This document shows, piece by piece, positions 47,046-56,084 of a stretch of DNA of 64,000 nucleotides. Each line of letters opens with the position of its first letter. Positions within the stretch are counted from its first letter, which is position 1. The notes beneath the pieces are model-generated. The model made no database searches and was not told where the DNA came from. It saw nothing but the letters and a program-made list of their open reading frames with translations. The stretch is from an uncultured Bacteroidota bacterium (GTDB taxonomy: Bacteria > CLD3 > SB21), in contig CAYPYN010000004.1 of NCBI GenBank assembly GCA_964415295.1, positions 268,573-332,572 of the forward strand. Direction: 5' to 3'. The translations under genes were made by a program, and so were the position numbers.

Positions 47046-47918
47046 TTGGGCCTTGGCGGTTACTATATTTATTCTATGATCAAAAGTATAGACGAACTTC
47101 AGCGTCAGATCGAGATCGTAGCTTTTGTTTACGAACACCCGGACAGGTTTTCCGATATCGAACTGGCGGAGCGGTTTTTTACCAGCGATACATCGATCCG
47201 GCGCGACATGAAGGCCCTTCGAGATATGGGTATTATCATCCATTCCCGTAAACATGCCTACCGTATCGAGCTCACACCGCAGCAAGTCAATCAGCTTATC
47301 ACCACTTATTTCGCCTTCGGCAATAACGAAACAATTAAGAATCTCCCTCTGGTTCAGGAAAAGTTCCAGCAGAAGACGCTGTCATTCTTTGTGAATACGG
47401 TGAAGGCCATAAGGGAAAAGAAGATCATTGAGATCGAATACCGTTCCGCCAGGAATGGACGCCTTCAGTGGCGAACGGTCACCCCCGTAACGTTTTATAA
47501 CGCCGGCAAGACGCATTATCTCATCGGCATGCATCATACAACGCCTAAGATGTACACGCTGGAAAGGATCAACGATTTCCGGTTTTCTGACCAGCCTTCT
47601 CCCATCAAGGAGATACCGGCGCTCAGCGAACTCTTCAAATATTCATGGGGGTCCTTTACCGGAGGCGCCGTCAGCAAGGTCAAACTTCTTTTTAACGATG
47701 ATCTCGAGCCTTACATGTCGGAGAAGTTCTGGGTGGAAAATCAGGAGGTTCGCAGGACGGAACATGGCTTTGAGGTGACCATGAATGTCAAATTGTCCAA
47801 CGAATTGGTCGCCTGGATCATGGGATGGGGTGAAGCGGTGAAGATCATCGAACCAAAGGAATTGAAAGACCAGGTCTTGCAGAAGGCCAAAGCCATTCTT
47901 CAAAAATACTCCAAGTGA
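47046..47918 (+). CDS. WYL-domain transcriptional regulator (wHTH + WYL + C-terminal extension)
   Basis: N-terminal DeoR-like HTH (…FSDIELAERFFTSDTSIRRDM…) and a WYL core (RTVTPVTFYNAGKTHYLIGMHHTTPKMYTLERIN). The start may be Met 11. Confidence 0.65.
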   Translation: MGLGGYYIYSMIKSIDELQRQIEIVAFVYEHPDRFSDIELAERFFTSDTSIRRDMKALRDMGIIIHSRKHAYRIELTPQQVNQLITTYFAFGNNETIKNLPLVQEKFQQKTLSFFVNTVKAIREKKIIEIEYRSARNGRLQWRTVTPVTFYNAGKTHYLIGMHHTTPKMYTLERINDFRFSDQPSPIKEIPALSELFKYSWGSFTGGAVSKVKLLFNDDLEPYMSEKFWVENQEVRRTEHGFEVTMNVKLSNELVAWIMGWGEAVKIIEPKELKDQVLQKAKAILQKYSK

Positions 47919-48138
47919 CCTCGATCCGGCCGAGAATTAAAAAAGTCTAATTTTAAGAAAATTCTTTCATTTATATTCAATTAAAAATATATTACTTACG
48001 CTGAAGTAAACCGGTCAGAATAAAGGGTCAATCCTAACCGGCCTTTTGTGTAACCCGCCAGGTTTTGAAGCAAACCCGTATTTGACGCTCATGGGATCGC
48101 GTTAACGCCTTGAATAAGAATTCACGGGAAAAGTTGAT

Positions 48139-49059
48139 TTGGCATTTTACGTATTCGAAAGGAAAAGGATAATGATCGTCTGCATTCGCCTTGTTATCGC
48201 TGCCATGCTATTCGCGATGAATATGCATATCGCCTCCGGCCAGGAATGGAAAGCCGTAAAGGGAACCAAATTATGCGGGATCAGCGGAATGGCGCTCATC
48301 GGTCAAAACGGCAAACAGACACAATATCTTGCCGTACATGATAATAAGCAACCGGGTGAACCGCGTTTAACCATTATCACCGACGAGGTCGGCCGCGCGC
48401 CTCATTATGAATCCGTCGCCTGGCCCGACAGCAATCCCCCCGTGGACGCCGAAGCGATCAGCGCCCTGCCCGGTTCGGACAACTCGTTTGTAGTCATGTC
48501 CAGCAGCGGAAAGATGTTCCACATAAAACTGGACCTGACGGCAAAAACGGTCCGCGTCGTACAGAATTTTAGTTTTCCCTACATCCCTGCAGGCAGCAAT
48601 TACGAAGGACTGACCTTTCAAAAAGTAAACGGCAATCTACTTGCGATATGGGGACATAGAGGGCAGGACAGTAAACCCGGCGTGATCTATTGGGGGATCT
48701 TTGATCCGTCCAACTATACTTTTTCATCGACGGGTTCGGATACCATCAAAGCCCCGTGGCCTGGCGACGGCATACGCCACATTTCGGACATGAGATTGGA
48801 TCCGTTAGGTGTCCTGTATATTGTCGCCTCCTCCGATCTTGGCGACGACGGGCCATTTCAGTCGGCCTTTTATGTGGCAGGGCTTTTCAGCACTTGGGAC
48901 AAAGAAGTCATGTTTCGCAAAAACCGTGTCATGCACCGGTTCATGAAATTCGATTATCACAAGATCGAAGCGATGGAATTTGTCCCCGGACCGGACGGAG
49001 GTATCATCTTCGGTTCCGATGATGAGAACATGGGCGGCTGGATCTATACGACATGGTAA
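48139..49059 (+). CDS. Secreted hypothetical protein (possible beta-propeller)
   Basis: Signal peptide and no motif I can name. The start is probably MIVCIRLV (48172). Confidence 0.45.
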   Translation: MAFYVFERKRIMIVCIRLVIAAMLFAMNMHIASGQEWKAVKGTKLCGISGMALIGQNGKQTQYLAVHDNKQPGEPRLTIITDEVGRAPHYESVAWPDSNPPVDAEAISALPGSDNSFVVMSSSGKMFHIKLDLTAKTVRVVQNFSFPYIPAGSNYEGLTFQKVNGNLLAIWGHRGQDSKPGVIYWGIFDPSNYTFSSTGSDTIKAPWPGDGIRHISDMRLDPLGVLYIVASSDLGDDGPFQSAFYVAGLFSTWDKEVMFRKNRVMHRFMKFDYHKIEAMEFVPGPDGGIIFGSDDENMGGWIYTTW

Positions 49060-49062
49060 TAA

Positions 49063-50172
49063 TTATTTCCATTTAAAGAGCCCTAACATACCTCTTAGCC
49101 CTACCAGAACGACAAAAGGGGTTTGCAAAACAAACCACATGAGAAAAGTGATCATAGAAAATCTCTTTTTGAACACCTGCGTTCCTACATAACTCCCCGA
49201 AAAATCGATAACGCCTTTAGTGATCCATGAAAACACGATGATGATCAGTATCGGCTTAAGAATGAGACCAAATATAAGGCCGGCCAACAAGATCGTGTGC
49301 AAGAGATAGATAGAAACCAGGTATGCGAAAAACGGAAAATCCAGACTGGGCATGATCGTACCGTTGGATGCCCAGCGGGACCTCTGCTGGACCAAGTCGG
49401 ACAAGCTATACATAGGCTGTGTTGTCGTAAACGTACCCGGATCCGTGGCAAATACGATTTGATACTCGGTAAGCTTCCGGATCAATTGTATCATCAGCGT
49501 ATCGTCTCCGGAAATGCGGTGTTTGACCTTTTCAAAGCCACCGACACGATCAAAAGCGCTTCGGCGGTAAGCAAGATTTTGCCCGCTGGCCGCCAGCGGA
49601 TAGCCCAGATTCGCCGCCCCGCATGCGGCCGCCATCAAGACTACAAAATCAAATTCCTGCCATCGTTCAAAAACGCTCTTTGATCTTATAGACGAAAACC
49701 CGATGACCGCTCCAACGTTTTCAGTAAAATAAGAGACCATTCCTTCCACCCAGGTCTCCTTCACATGACAATCCGCATCGGTAAAAAGCAGTATCTCTCC
49801 TTTGGACAGACGTATACCGTGGTCCAAAGCGTTCTTCTTGCCGGATATCGCATCGGGTTTAGTGTCGACTCGAACCCATTTGATCTGTGAATTCCTGCTT
49901 GCGAAATTTTCAATGATCCTGCCCGTTCCGTCCCGGGATCTGTCATCAACCACAATGACCTCCCATTTGTCGGCCGGATACGTCTGCCGAACGATATTTT
50001 CTAGGCATTCGGCAATATTATTTTCCTCATTTCTGGCGGCAATAATAATCGAAACAAAAGGCCGGTTCGGGCTCTTGTTTTTTTCTGACATGAATAGCCC
50101 GATCAAGTATGCCAGACCGACCGCCAGATAAACGATCAGCAAAAACCCCAATAGAATCGTAAAGTAAATCAT
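49063..50172 (-). CDS. Membrane-embedded family-2 glycosyltransferase with a QxxRW motif (processive type)
   Basis: N-terminal TM helix, GT-A fold with DDRSRDGT…DAD, QQRSRW, and C-terminal TM helices. Confidence 0.75.
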   Translation of the reverse strand: MIYFTILLGFLLIVYLAVGLAYLIGLFMSEKNKSPNRPFVSIIIAARNEENNIAECLENIVRQTYPADKWEVIVVDDRSRDGTGRIIENFASRNSQIKWVRVDTKPDAISGKKNALDHGIRLSKGEILLFTDADCHVKETWVEGMVSYFTENVGAVIGFSSIRSKSVFERWQEFDFVVLMAAACGAANLGYPLAASGQNLAYRRSAFDRVGGFEKVKHRISGDDTLMIQLIRKLTEYQIVFATDPGTFTTTQPMYSLSDLVQQRSRWASNGTIMPSLDFPFFAYLVSIYLLHTILLAGLIFGLILKPILIIIVFSWITKGVIDFSGSYVGTQVFKKRFSMITFLMWFVLQTPFVVLVGLRGMLGLFKWK

Positions 50173-51341
50173 GATTTGTTCTCAGCCATTTTAGATGATG
50201 AATCTTTCCACTGATACTTTCCAAACAGCCCCCAGGCTCCGAAAACCACCACATGGATGGGGTGGATGCATGCAAAAACAGGATAAAACGGAAGAAATCG
50301 GCCAACTTTAAAACGCCAAGCACCAATGGAAAGTAAGAATAATTCTGAAAGAAGTTTGACCAGAAAAATTGAAACGTAAAGAGCTGAGTCCGAGCGACCG
50401 AAAAATATTTCATAAGGCACGTAGGTGACGAGGAGCAAATTGAAAAAATAAGTCAGAAAAAGGGCCGTGATCATCCGGAACGAATAATTTAGGCTTTTGG
50501 ATGCCTGACGTACCTTCTGATGCATGAATTGCGAAATAGATCCCGGAGGATCTGTGAATACAAGAGCCTTAGCATCTATGCCATAAGCCGTTTTCCATTT
50601 TGTTTTCTTAACCAATCCTAGCAGGAGATCATCGTCACCGGAGACGAAACGTGCAATTTTCGAAAACCCGCCGACCTCATGGAATGTCTCTTTTCGATAA
50701 GCCAGACTTCGACCGGTAGCCGTCAGCGTCACACCAAAGGCCGTTCCTGCCGCAGAAAGGGATGCAAGGGTTAGAGAATCCAGCGCAACGAAATTGTGTA
50801 ATAAAGAAAAACGGCGTTTGGGTTCGATCGGAGAATATCCGACAACCATGCCAGTGTCGGATCGGAAACAGGAAATCATACTTGAGAGCCAGTGGCGCTC
50901 AGGTCTGCAGTCGGCGTCCGTGCAAACCAGGATCTCTCCTCTGGACACTTTTATGGCTTCATTCAATGCATGCTTTTTCGGAGCCATGTCTTTCGATAAT
51001 TCAGAAATTGTTACTAAGCGCAGATTCGAATATTGTGCCTGCAGCGACCGCACGATAGACGCCGTTCGATCCGTGGAACGGTCGTCGATTACGATCACCT
51101 CATAGAGATCCGCGGGATAATCTTGTCCGTACAAGGCGCGTAAGCAGTTTTCAATATTGGCCTCTTCATTCCGTGCGGCAACCAGAACCGATGCGAAAAC
51201 GACACTTACCGATCTGGGAGACCGGTAAAAGAAAAGTCCAATAGCAAGTATAGTCAGGACCAGAGCATAAATAGAAATGAATATGGACAAAAACAGATCC
51301 AGCGCCGGCATATTACGCCTTCTCCTGATGGTTTCGAGCAT
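50169..51341 (-). CDS. Membrane-embedded family-2 glycosyltransferase, tandem paralogue
   Basis: Same architecture (DDRSTDRT…DAD). A 4-nt ATGA overlap joins it to the downstream glycosyltransferase. The start is probably the second Met (51311). Confidence 0.7.
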   Translation of the reverse strand: MLETIRRRRNMPALDLFLSIFISIYALVLTILAIGLFFYRSPRSVSVVFASVLVAARNEEANIENCLRALYGQDYPADLYEVIVIDDRSTDRTASIVRSLQAQYSNLRLVTISELSKDMAPKKHALNEAIKVSRGEILVCTDADCRPERHWLSSMISCFRSDTGMVVGYSPIEPKRRFSLLHNFVALDSLTLASLSAAGTAFGVTLTATGRSLAYRKETFHEVGGFSKIARFVSGDDDLLLGLVKKTKWKTAYGIDAKALVFTDPPGSISQFMHQKVRQASKSLNYSFRMITALFLTYFFNLLLVTYVPYEIFFGRSDSALYVSIFLVKLLSELFLLSIGAWRFKVGRFLPFYPVFACIHPIHVVVFGAWGLFGKYQWKDSSSKMAENKS

Positions 51342-52242
51342 CCGTCAGTGCGTGCCACAGGTAGTATGTCCCGAGAGTCTTCCAACCGTCCCACCGATCG
51401 GTCACCTTCAACAGGGTTTCAATACTCGTTCTTTCATCCTGTCCATAAAATAACCTTATGGCCCGGTGCAGACCTATGTCACCGCGGGGCAATACATTCT
51501 TATGGCCCAGGTGCATAAGAGCACATTCAGCGGTCCATCGGCCGATACCGCGGATTTTGGTGATCTCCGGTCCAAACTCACTTGCGGGGAGCTTTTCAAT
51601 GTGATCCAGATCGATCTTCTTTCCGGCAATGCCCCGGGCCAGATCGAGGATATATTCCGCCTTGCGTTCCGAGAACTGAAGTTTCAACAGATCTCTCTTC
51701 CGGATCGATGCCGCTGTCCGCGCATCGGGAAAAACATAGAACGATTCTCCTTCATGAACGATCTTTTTTCCAAACCGCCTAACGTAATTCATTTCAACCT
51801 TATCCGCAAAATTCACATTGATCTGCTGGCTGATAATGCATCGCGTCAGGCATTCAAACAGATCTCCGGGCCAGTTGGGTTTGAGCCCACGGTATCGTTT
51901 ACAAATAGAGGCAAGGATCTTATCTTTGGAAGCTACCTTGTAGAAGGGCCGGATATCGGAATCGGTAAGAAATTGTTTCTTGATTATCTCTCGAATGAAA
52001 GCAAGGGCTCCAACCGTAATGCTTTTCCCGATGATCTGAACGGTAATTCTAGGTCTGTCTATTTCCCCGTTTCCGCTCAGCTGAATCAAATACTGACGAC
52101 CGTCAAATTCAACCGCCTTTTTATAAAATCCTTTCCGGCGATCGTATTCATCGTAATGATATCTCTTGTACCGGTGGGAATGCGTGGAAATGTCAAAATC
52201 GAAAGGAGGCACCGCATCGATCAGGAACGTATGTTTTTTCAT
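51313..52242 (-). CDS. alkA: DNA-3-methyladenine glycosylase II (AlkA-like HhH-GPD)
   Basis: HhH-GPD motif …IRGIGRWTAECALMH…PRGDIGLHRA with the catalytic Asp. Confidence 0.75.
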   Translation of the reverse strand: MKKHTFLIDAVPPFDFDISTHSHRYKRYHYDEYDRRKGFYKKAVEFDGRQYLIQLSGNGEIDRPRITVQIIGKSITVGALAFIREIIKKQFLTDSDIRPFYKVASKDKILASICKRYRGLKPNWPGDLFECLTRCIISQQINVNFADKVEMNYVRRFGKKIVHEGESFYVFPDARTAASIRKRDLLKLQFSERKAEYILDLARGIAGKKIDLDHIEKLPASEFGPEITKIRGIGRWTAECALMHLGHKNVLPRGDIGLHRAIRLFYGQDERTSIETLLKVTDRWDGWKTLGTYYLWHALTDARNHQEKA

Positions 52243-52256
52243 CAGACCGCCGCAGG

Positions 52257-53288
52257 TTACGGAAAAAGGTTGTCAATACGGTAGCCTTTGTCCACAAAAG
52301 TCTGCCTGTTCTTCCTGATCAACTCGCTGATCGACTCCGTGGAAATAGAGTTGGTAATTCCGTATTTCAGATCGGCCTTGAGTTCCACGAACATCTCGCC
52401 TTCATACGGAATCGACGGGCTGTATTCGGACAATTCAAATTCTTTGCTCGGGGTTAATACGTACGAATAATTGGCCGGAACGGATTTCGCCATGCCGACC
52501 AATTCAAAATTCGGCACGCCGTCCCTAATGGCCAGAATAATACCGCCGCTGAATCCTCGGTTGAACGACGCGTCCGTCAGGAACCCCCCTCTTTTGTCCC
52601 TATTGGGACTACTGACCGTTCCTTTGGTAATCATCTTGAAACCCATCGGATATCCCACAATGTAAATAAACGTGCCCCAATTGAGGTCTTTTGATCGGCC
52701 GATAGGATAGTTGAAAACTGAGACTGGTGTTTCGGGTTTATGATCAAATTTCTTCCCCAGAATGGCAATATCCTGAGCATTATCAATTGCGAGGATTTCG
52801 AGTTCACCGCCTTCCGGCAGATCTTTTACAAAATTGACCTGCCTTTCTTTGATCGAAATACTCTGTACAAATCCCTTTCCGTTCTCATCTTTGCTGTAAA
52901 AGGATACCATGGTATCGGGAAAATCGATGATATGGGCGCAGGTGAGCAACGCCACCTGCTGATCCTGATAATAAATGACCGTTGCCGTGCCGACGACAGA
53001 GCTGTGCGGGAAAACCGTCTGAATGGTTTTCTCTTTCAGAACCGTTTCATTGATATCCTTGACCTGGATCTTGGATTTTTCACCAAACGTGTATGTCTTG
53101 TAAAAGGCGGTAGCATTGATCATCTTAACCGTTTCGACGATCTCGGTCAGTTGTTTCGAACAATCCTTGTAAGGGAATTCGGAATCATATTTGCCGTCTG
53201 CCAGCGTCGGATAAGCCACCTTATAGATCTTATCGGCACATGATACCGTTGCAAACGCTATTAAAGTCAGCCACATATATTTTTTCAT
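52257..53288 (-). CDS. Trypsin-like (S1) serine peptidase lipoprotein
   Basis: Lipobox VSC and a putative His (LTCAHI), Asp (DIAIL), Ser (GFSGG) catalytic triad in the canonical order. Confidence 0.5.
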   Translation of the reverse strand: MKKYMWLTLIAFATVSCADKIYKVAYPTLADGKYDSEFPYKDCSKQLTEIVETVKMINATAFYKTYTFGEKSKIQVKDINETVLKEKTIQTVFPHSSVVGTATVIYYQDQQVALLTCAHIIDFPDTMVSFYSKDENGKGFVQSISIKERQVNFVKDLPEGGELEILAIDNAQDIAILGKKFDHKPETPVSVFNYPIGRSKDLNWGTFIYIVGYPMGFKMITKGTVSSPNRDKRGGFLTDASFNRGFSGGIILAIRDGVPNFELVGMAKSVPANYSYVLTPSKEFELSEYSPSIPYEGEMFVELKADLKYGITNSISTESISELIRKNRQTFVDKGYRIDNLFP

Positions 53289-53304
53289 GATAACCTCCGG
53301 AAGG

Positions 53305-53634
53305 TTAGTCCCTCGGAATCCATTCGTACTTTTTCAGATCAATTCTTTCATTGACGAAAATGATTTTCTCTTTCATGAGCAATCGTTTCTGAAGAGCATA
53401 CAGGCCGTCCTTCTGAGGGAGAGAGATCATCCCTTTGGCGTTGATCACGCGGTGCCACGGAACCTTCATCCCGCGAGGAATATTATGCATCGCATACCCG
53501 ACCAGCCGCGCATTCTCACCCAAGCCGGCTATACGAGAGATCTGCCCGTAGGTGGAAACTTTGCCTTGCGGAATGCGCTTGACCGTCCTCCATATGACAT
53601 CGTAAGAACTATATCCCTCACTCTTTGTCCCCAT
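53305..53634 (-). CDS. Alkyltransferase-like protein (MGMT DNA-binding domain with Trp in place of the acceptor Cys: PWHRV)
   Basis: 109 aa, helix-turn-helix …TYGQISRIAG…, and active-site motif PWHRVI instead of PCHRV. Confidence 0.7.
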   Translation of the reverse strand: MGTKSEGYSSYDVIWRTVKRIPQGKVSTYGQISRIAGLGENARLVGYAMHNIPRGMKVPWHRVINAKGMISLPQKDGLYALQKRLLMKEKIIFVNERIDLKKYEWIPRD

Positions 53635-53643
53635 ACGATGTCC

Positions 53644-54885
53644 TCAGACCAAACCGGAAGGGGTTTGCGGCGTCGAGATCAGTCTCGTGAATATCTCCCA
53701 TCGTCGGGCCGGATTATCCGTTGTTCCCCCGTTCCTTTCGATGTATTGCTTTACCATATCCTGACCCAGATTGTAATTGATCACATAACTGCGGTATTTC
53801 TCAATAAATCGAATACGCTGTTCGGCCCGTTCGCGTGCATAGAGCCCGTACTCCACCAACCAGTCCACGGCTTCATCTTTGTTGAATTTACCATCCAGAT
53901 AACCGCGGGCGGCTTCATTTCCCGCATAAGCTAATTTGGATACCAGAGCGTGGATACGGTAATATTTTTCAGTCATTTCTCCGTTCATACCGGCCAGAGG
54001 GAATAAGACTTTTCTTTCAAACTCCATACGCTCCTCGTTCGGAAGCGCCATCTCGATTCCGAAATTAGCCGTGCCCTCAGCAATAAGCGATTGAGGGCTG
54101 AATAAAGCATACACGGAAAATTCACGCCAATTTCTTCGCCGCACCAGTTCTTTCTCGAGCTGGGAATTGAAAACATGATGGCCGGGATATCCTTCATGAC
54201 AGGCCAGATCTACGGCGCGATCGATATAGATCGGCAGATCCGTATTAATCTGGATAAGACTGAAGCAGCCGCCTTTGTACCAGTTGTAACCGCTCCAGGC
54301 CTTATCGGTTACGTATTCCACTACAAAGTTCTCATCCTCCGGCAATGCAATATACTTCTTTGTTCTCTCTCGCCCTTCTGTGATGGCCGCCTGGAAAACC
54401 GTATCCAGTTTGTCTTTGGGAATGATAAACGATTTCTTGAATGCTTCCAACCTGCTTGATACGCCGCCCGATCCCGGCAGTTCTCGGTCCAGCGCCTTCA
54501 AAGCGTCTTCAAAGAAAGTCTTGGTATGAACCGGCGCTACGGCGTCGTACAGCAATTTAGATTCTTGATCAAACGTAAATTGCTTCCCGAGGAGCATCTG
54601 GATCTTAGCATGGATAGCTACGAATTGCTTGGACAAGAATCTGAAGCGTAATCGCTCCATGTCATCCAGATCCGCCTTTTCAAACGTATTCAGCTTCTCG
54701 ATAAGACTTACGGTTTCTTCCTCGAGCTTTTTCAGACTGGTGTCTTTATCACCCGACGGCTCGGCCGGTTTCCATTCTTGAGGGCCGTAGTATGAATCGA
54801 CAAAATCGCCGTCATAAAGACCGACCTTTAAGATCAACTTCACATACGATTCAGCAATAGTATTCATAACGTTTTTCTTTTTCAA
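53644..54885 (-). CDS. HExxPGHH-motif protein (DUF885-like putative metallohydrolase)
   Basis: CHEGYPGHHVFNSQ motif. Otherwise unassigned. Confidence 0.45.
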   Translation of the reverse strand: MKKKNVMNTIAESYVKLILKVGLYDGDFVDSYYGPQEWKPAEPSGDKDTSLKKLEEETVSLIEKLNTFEKADLDDMERLRFRFLSKQFVAIHAKIQMLLGKQFTFDQESKLLYDAVAPVHTKTFFEDALKALDRELPGSGGVSSRLEAFKKSFIIPKDKLDTVFQAAITEGRERTKKYIALPEDENFVVEYVTDKAWSGYNWYKGGCFSLIQINTDLPIYIDRAVDLACHEGYPGHHVFNSQLEKELVRRRNWREFSVYALFSPQSLIAEGTANFGIEMALPNEERMEFERKVLFPLAGMNGEMTEKYYRIHALVSKLAYAGNEAARGYLDGKFNKDEAVDWLVEYGLYARERAEQRIRFIEKYRSYVINYNLGQDMVKQYIERNGGTTDNPARRWEIFTRLISTPQTPSGLV

Positions 54886-54900
54886 TATATGTAAGGCCGC

Positions 54901-56079
54901 TTATTTCTCGAATTGTTCCACCGCGGCGGTGATCGCTTTTCCTATGTTGATTTTGGCATCCGATCGGTCTAACACATTTTCCAGCGCAGAAAGGCATAAT
55001 GTAATATTCTTAAGATTACATCCGTATCCCATCAAACCAACGCGCCATATCTTGCCGGCTAATGAACCCAGTCCTCCGCCGATCTCGATGCCATAAGAAT
55101 GGAGCAATGCGGACCGCACTTTCATATCTTCGATGCCATCCGGAATGATCACCGCGTTGAGCTGAGGCAGTCGGGAGTTTTCCTCACCCAATAACCTCAT
55201 CCCCATGGCCTCTACACCGGCCTTGAATGCGGCATGGTGTCTTTGGTGTTTCGTCCAGGCATGCTCAAGTCCTTCTTCTCTGAGGATCAGGAGAGCTTCA
55301 TGAAGTGCGTAGAACGAATGCACCGGCGATGTGTGATGATACGTTCTCTTCGCACCGTTCCAATAACCGGTCAGGCGATTCATATCAAGAAACCAATTGG
55401 AAATCCTGGTTTTTCTTTTTCTGACCTTTTCCGCTGCACGGGCGCTGAAGCTTATCGGCGACAGGCCGGGAATACTGGCCAGACATTTTTGTGAACCCGC
55501 ATACACCGCATCGATGCCCCATTCGTCGGTTTTCAAAGGAATCCCGCCCAAAGAAGTGACCGCATCGACGATAACCAGGCAATCATGGTTACGGGCGATG
55601 TCGGTTAAAGTTCTAACATCCGATAACGCTCCTGTAGAAGTTTCGGCATGAACAAAAGCCACTAGTCTTATCTGGGGGTCTTTATTCAGAACGGATAGCA
55701 ATGCTTCGGGGTCGACCGGTGAACCCCACGTATTTTCGATCAAGATCACTTCGGCGCCATATAGTTCGGCCATTTCTTTCATACGGCTGCCAAAAAAACC
55801 GTTCTGACAAATAACGACTTTATCTCCGGGTTCGATCAGGTTCGAAAAACAAGTTTCCATACCGAGCGTGCCGGGTCCGGACACAGCCAACGTCCATTCG
55901 TTTTCTGTCTGAAAGGCATAACGAAGAAGCTCTTGGATTTCATTCATCAGTTCGATGCAACGGGGATCCAAGTGCCCCATCACAGGTCTTCCCAAAGCCT
56001 CTCTCACACGCGGGTGCAGATCGGACGGCCCTGGTCCCATCAGGACTCTCGTCGGGGGATAAAATGATCGGTCGGTCAT
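54901..56079 (-). CDS. Class V aminotransferase (alanine-glyoxylate / serine-pyruvate aminotransferase family)
   Basis: MGPGPSDLHPRV N-terminus and a PLP-fold pattern with a Lys region (…GSQKCL…). Confidence 0.8.
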   Translation of the reverse strand: MTDRSFYPPTRVLMGPGPSDLHPRVREALGRPVMGHLDPRCIELMNEIQELLRYAFQTENEWTLAVSGPGTLGMETCFSNLIEPGDKVVICQNGFFGSRMKEMAELYGAEVILIENTWGSPVDPEALLSVLNKDPQIRLVAFVHAETSTGALSDVRTLTDIARNHDCLVIVDAVTSLGGIPLKTDEWGIDAVYAGSQKCLASIPGLSPISFSARAAEKVRKRKTRISNWFLDMNRLTGYWNGAKRTYHHTSPVHSFYALHEALLILREEGLEHAWTKHQRHHAAFKAGVEAMGMRLLGEENSRLPQLNAVIIPDGIEDMKVRSALLHSYGIEIGGGLGSLAGKIWRVGLMGYGCNLKNITLCLSALENVLDRSDAKINIGKAITAAVEQFEK

Positions 56080-56084
56080 AAAGA

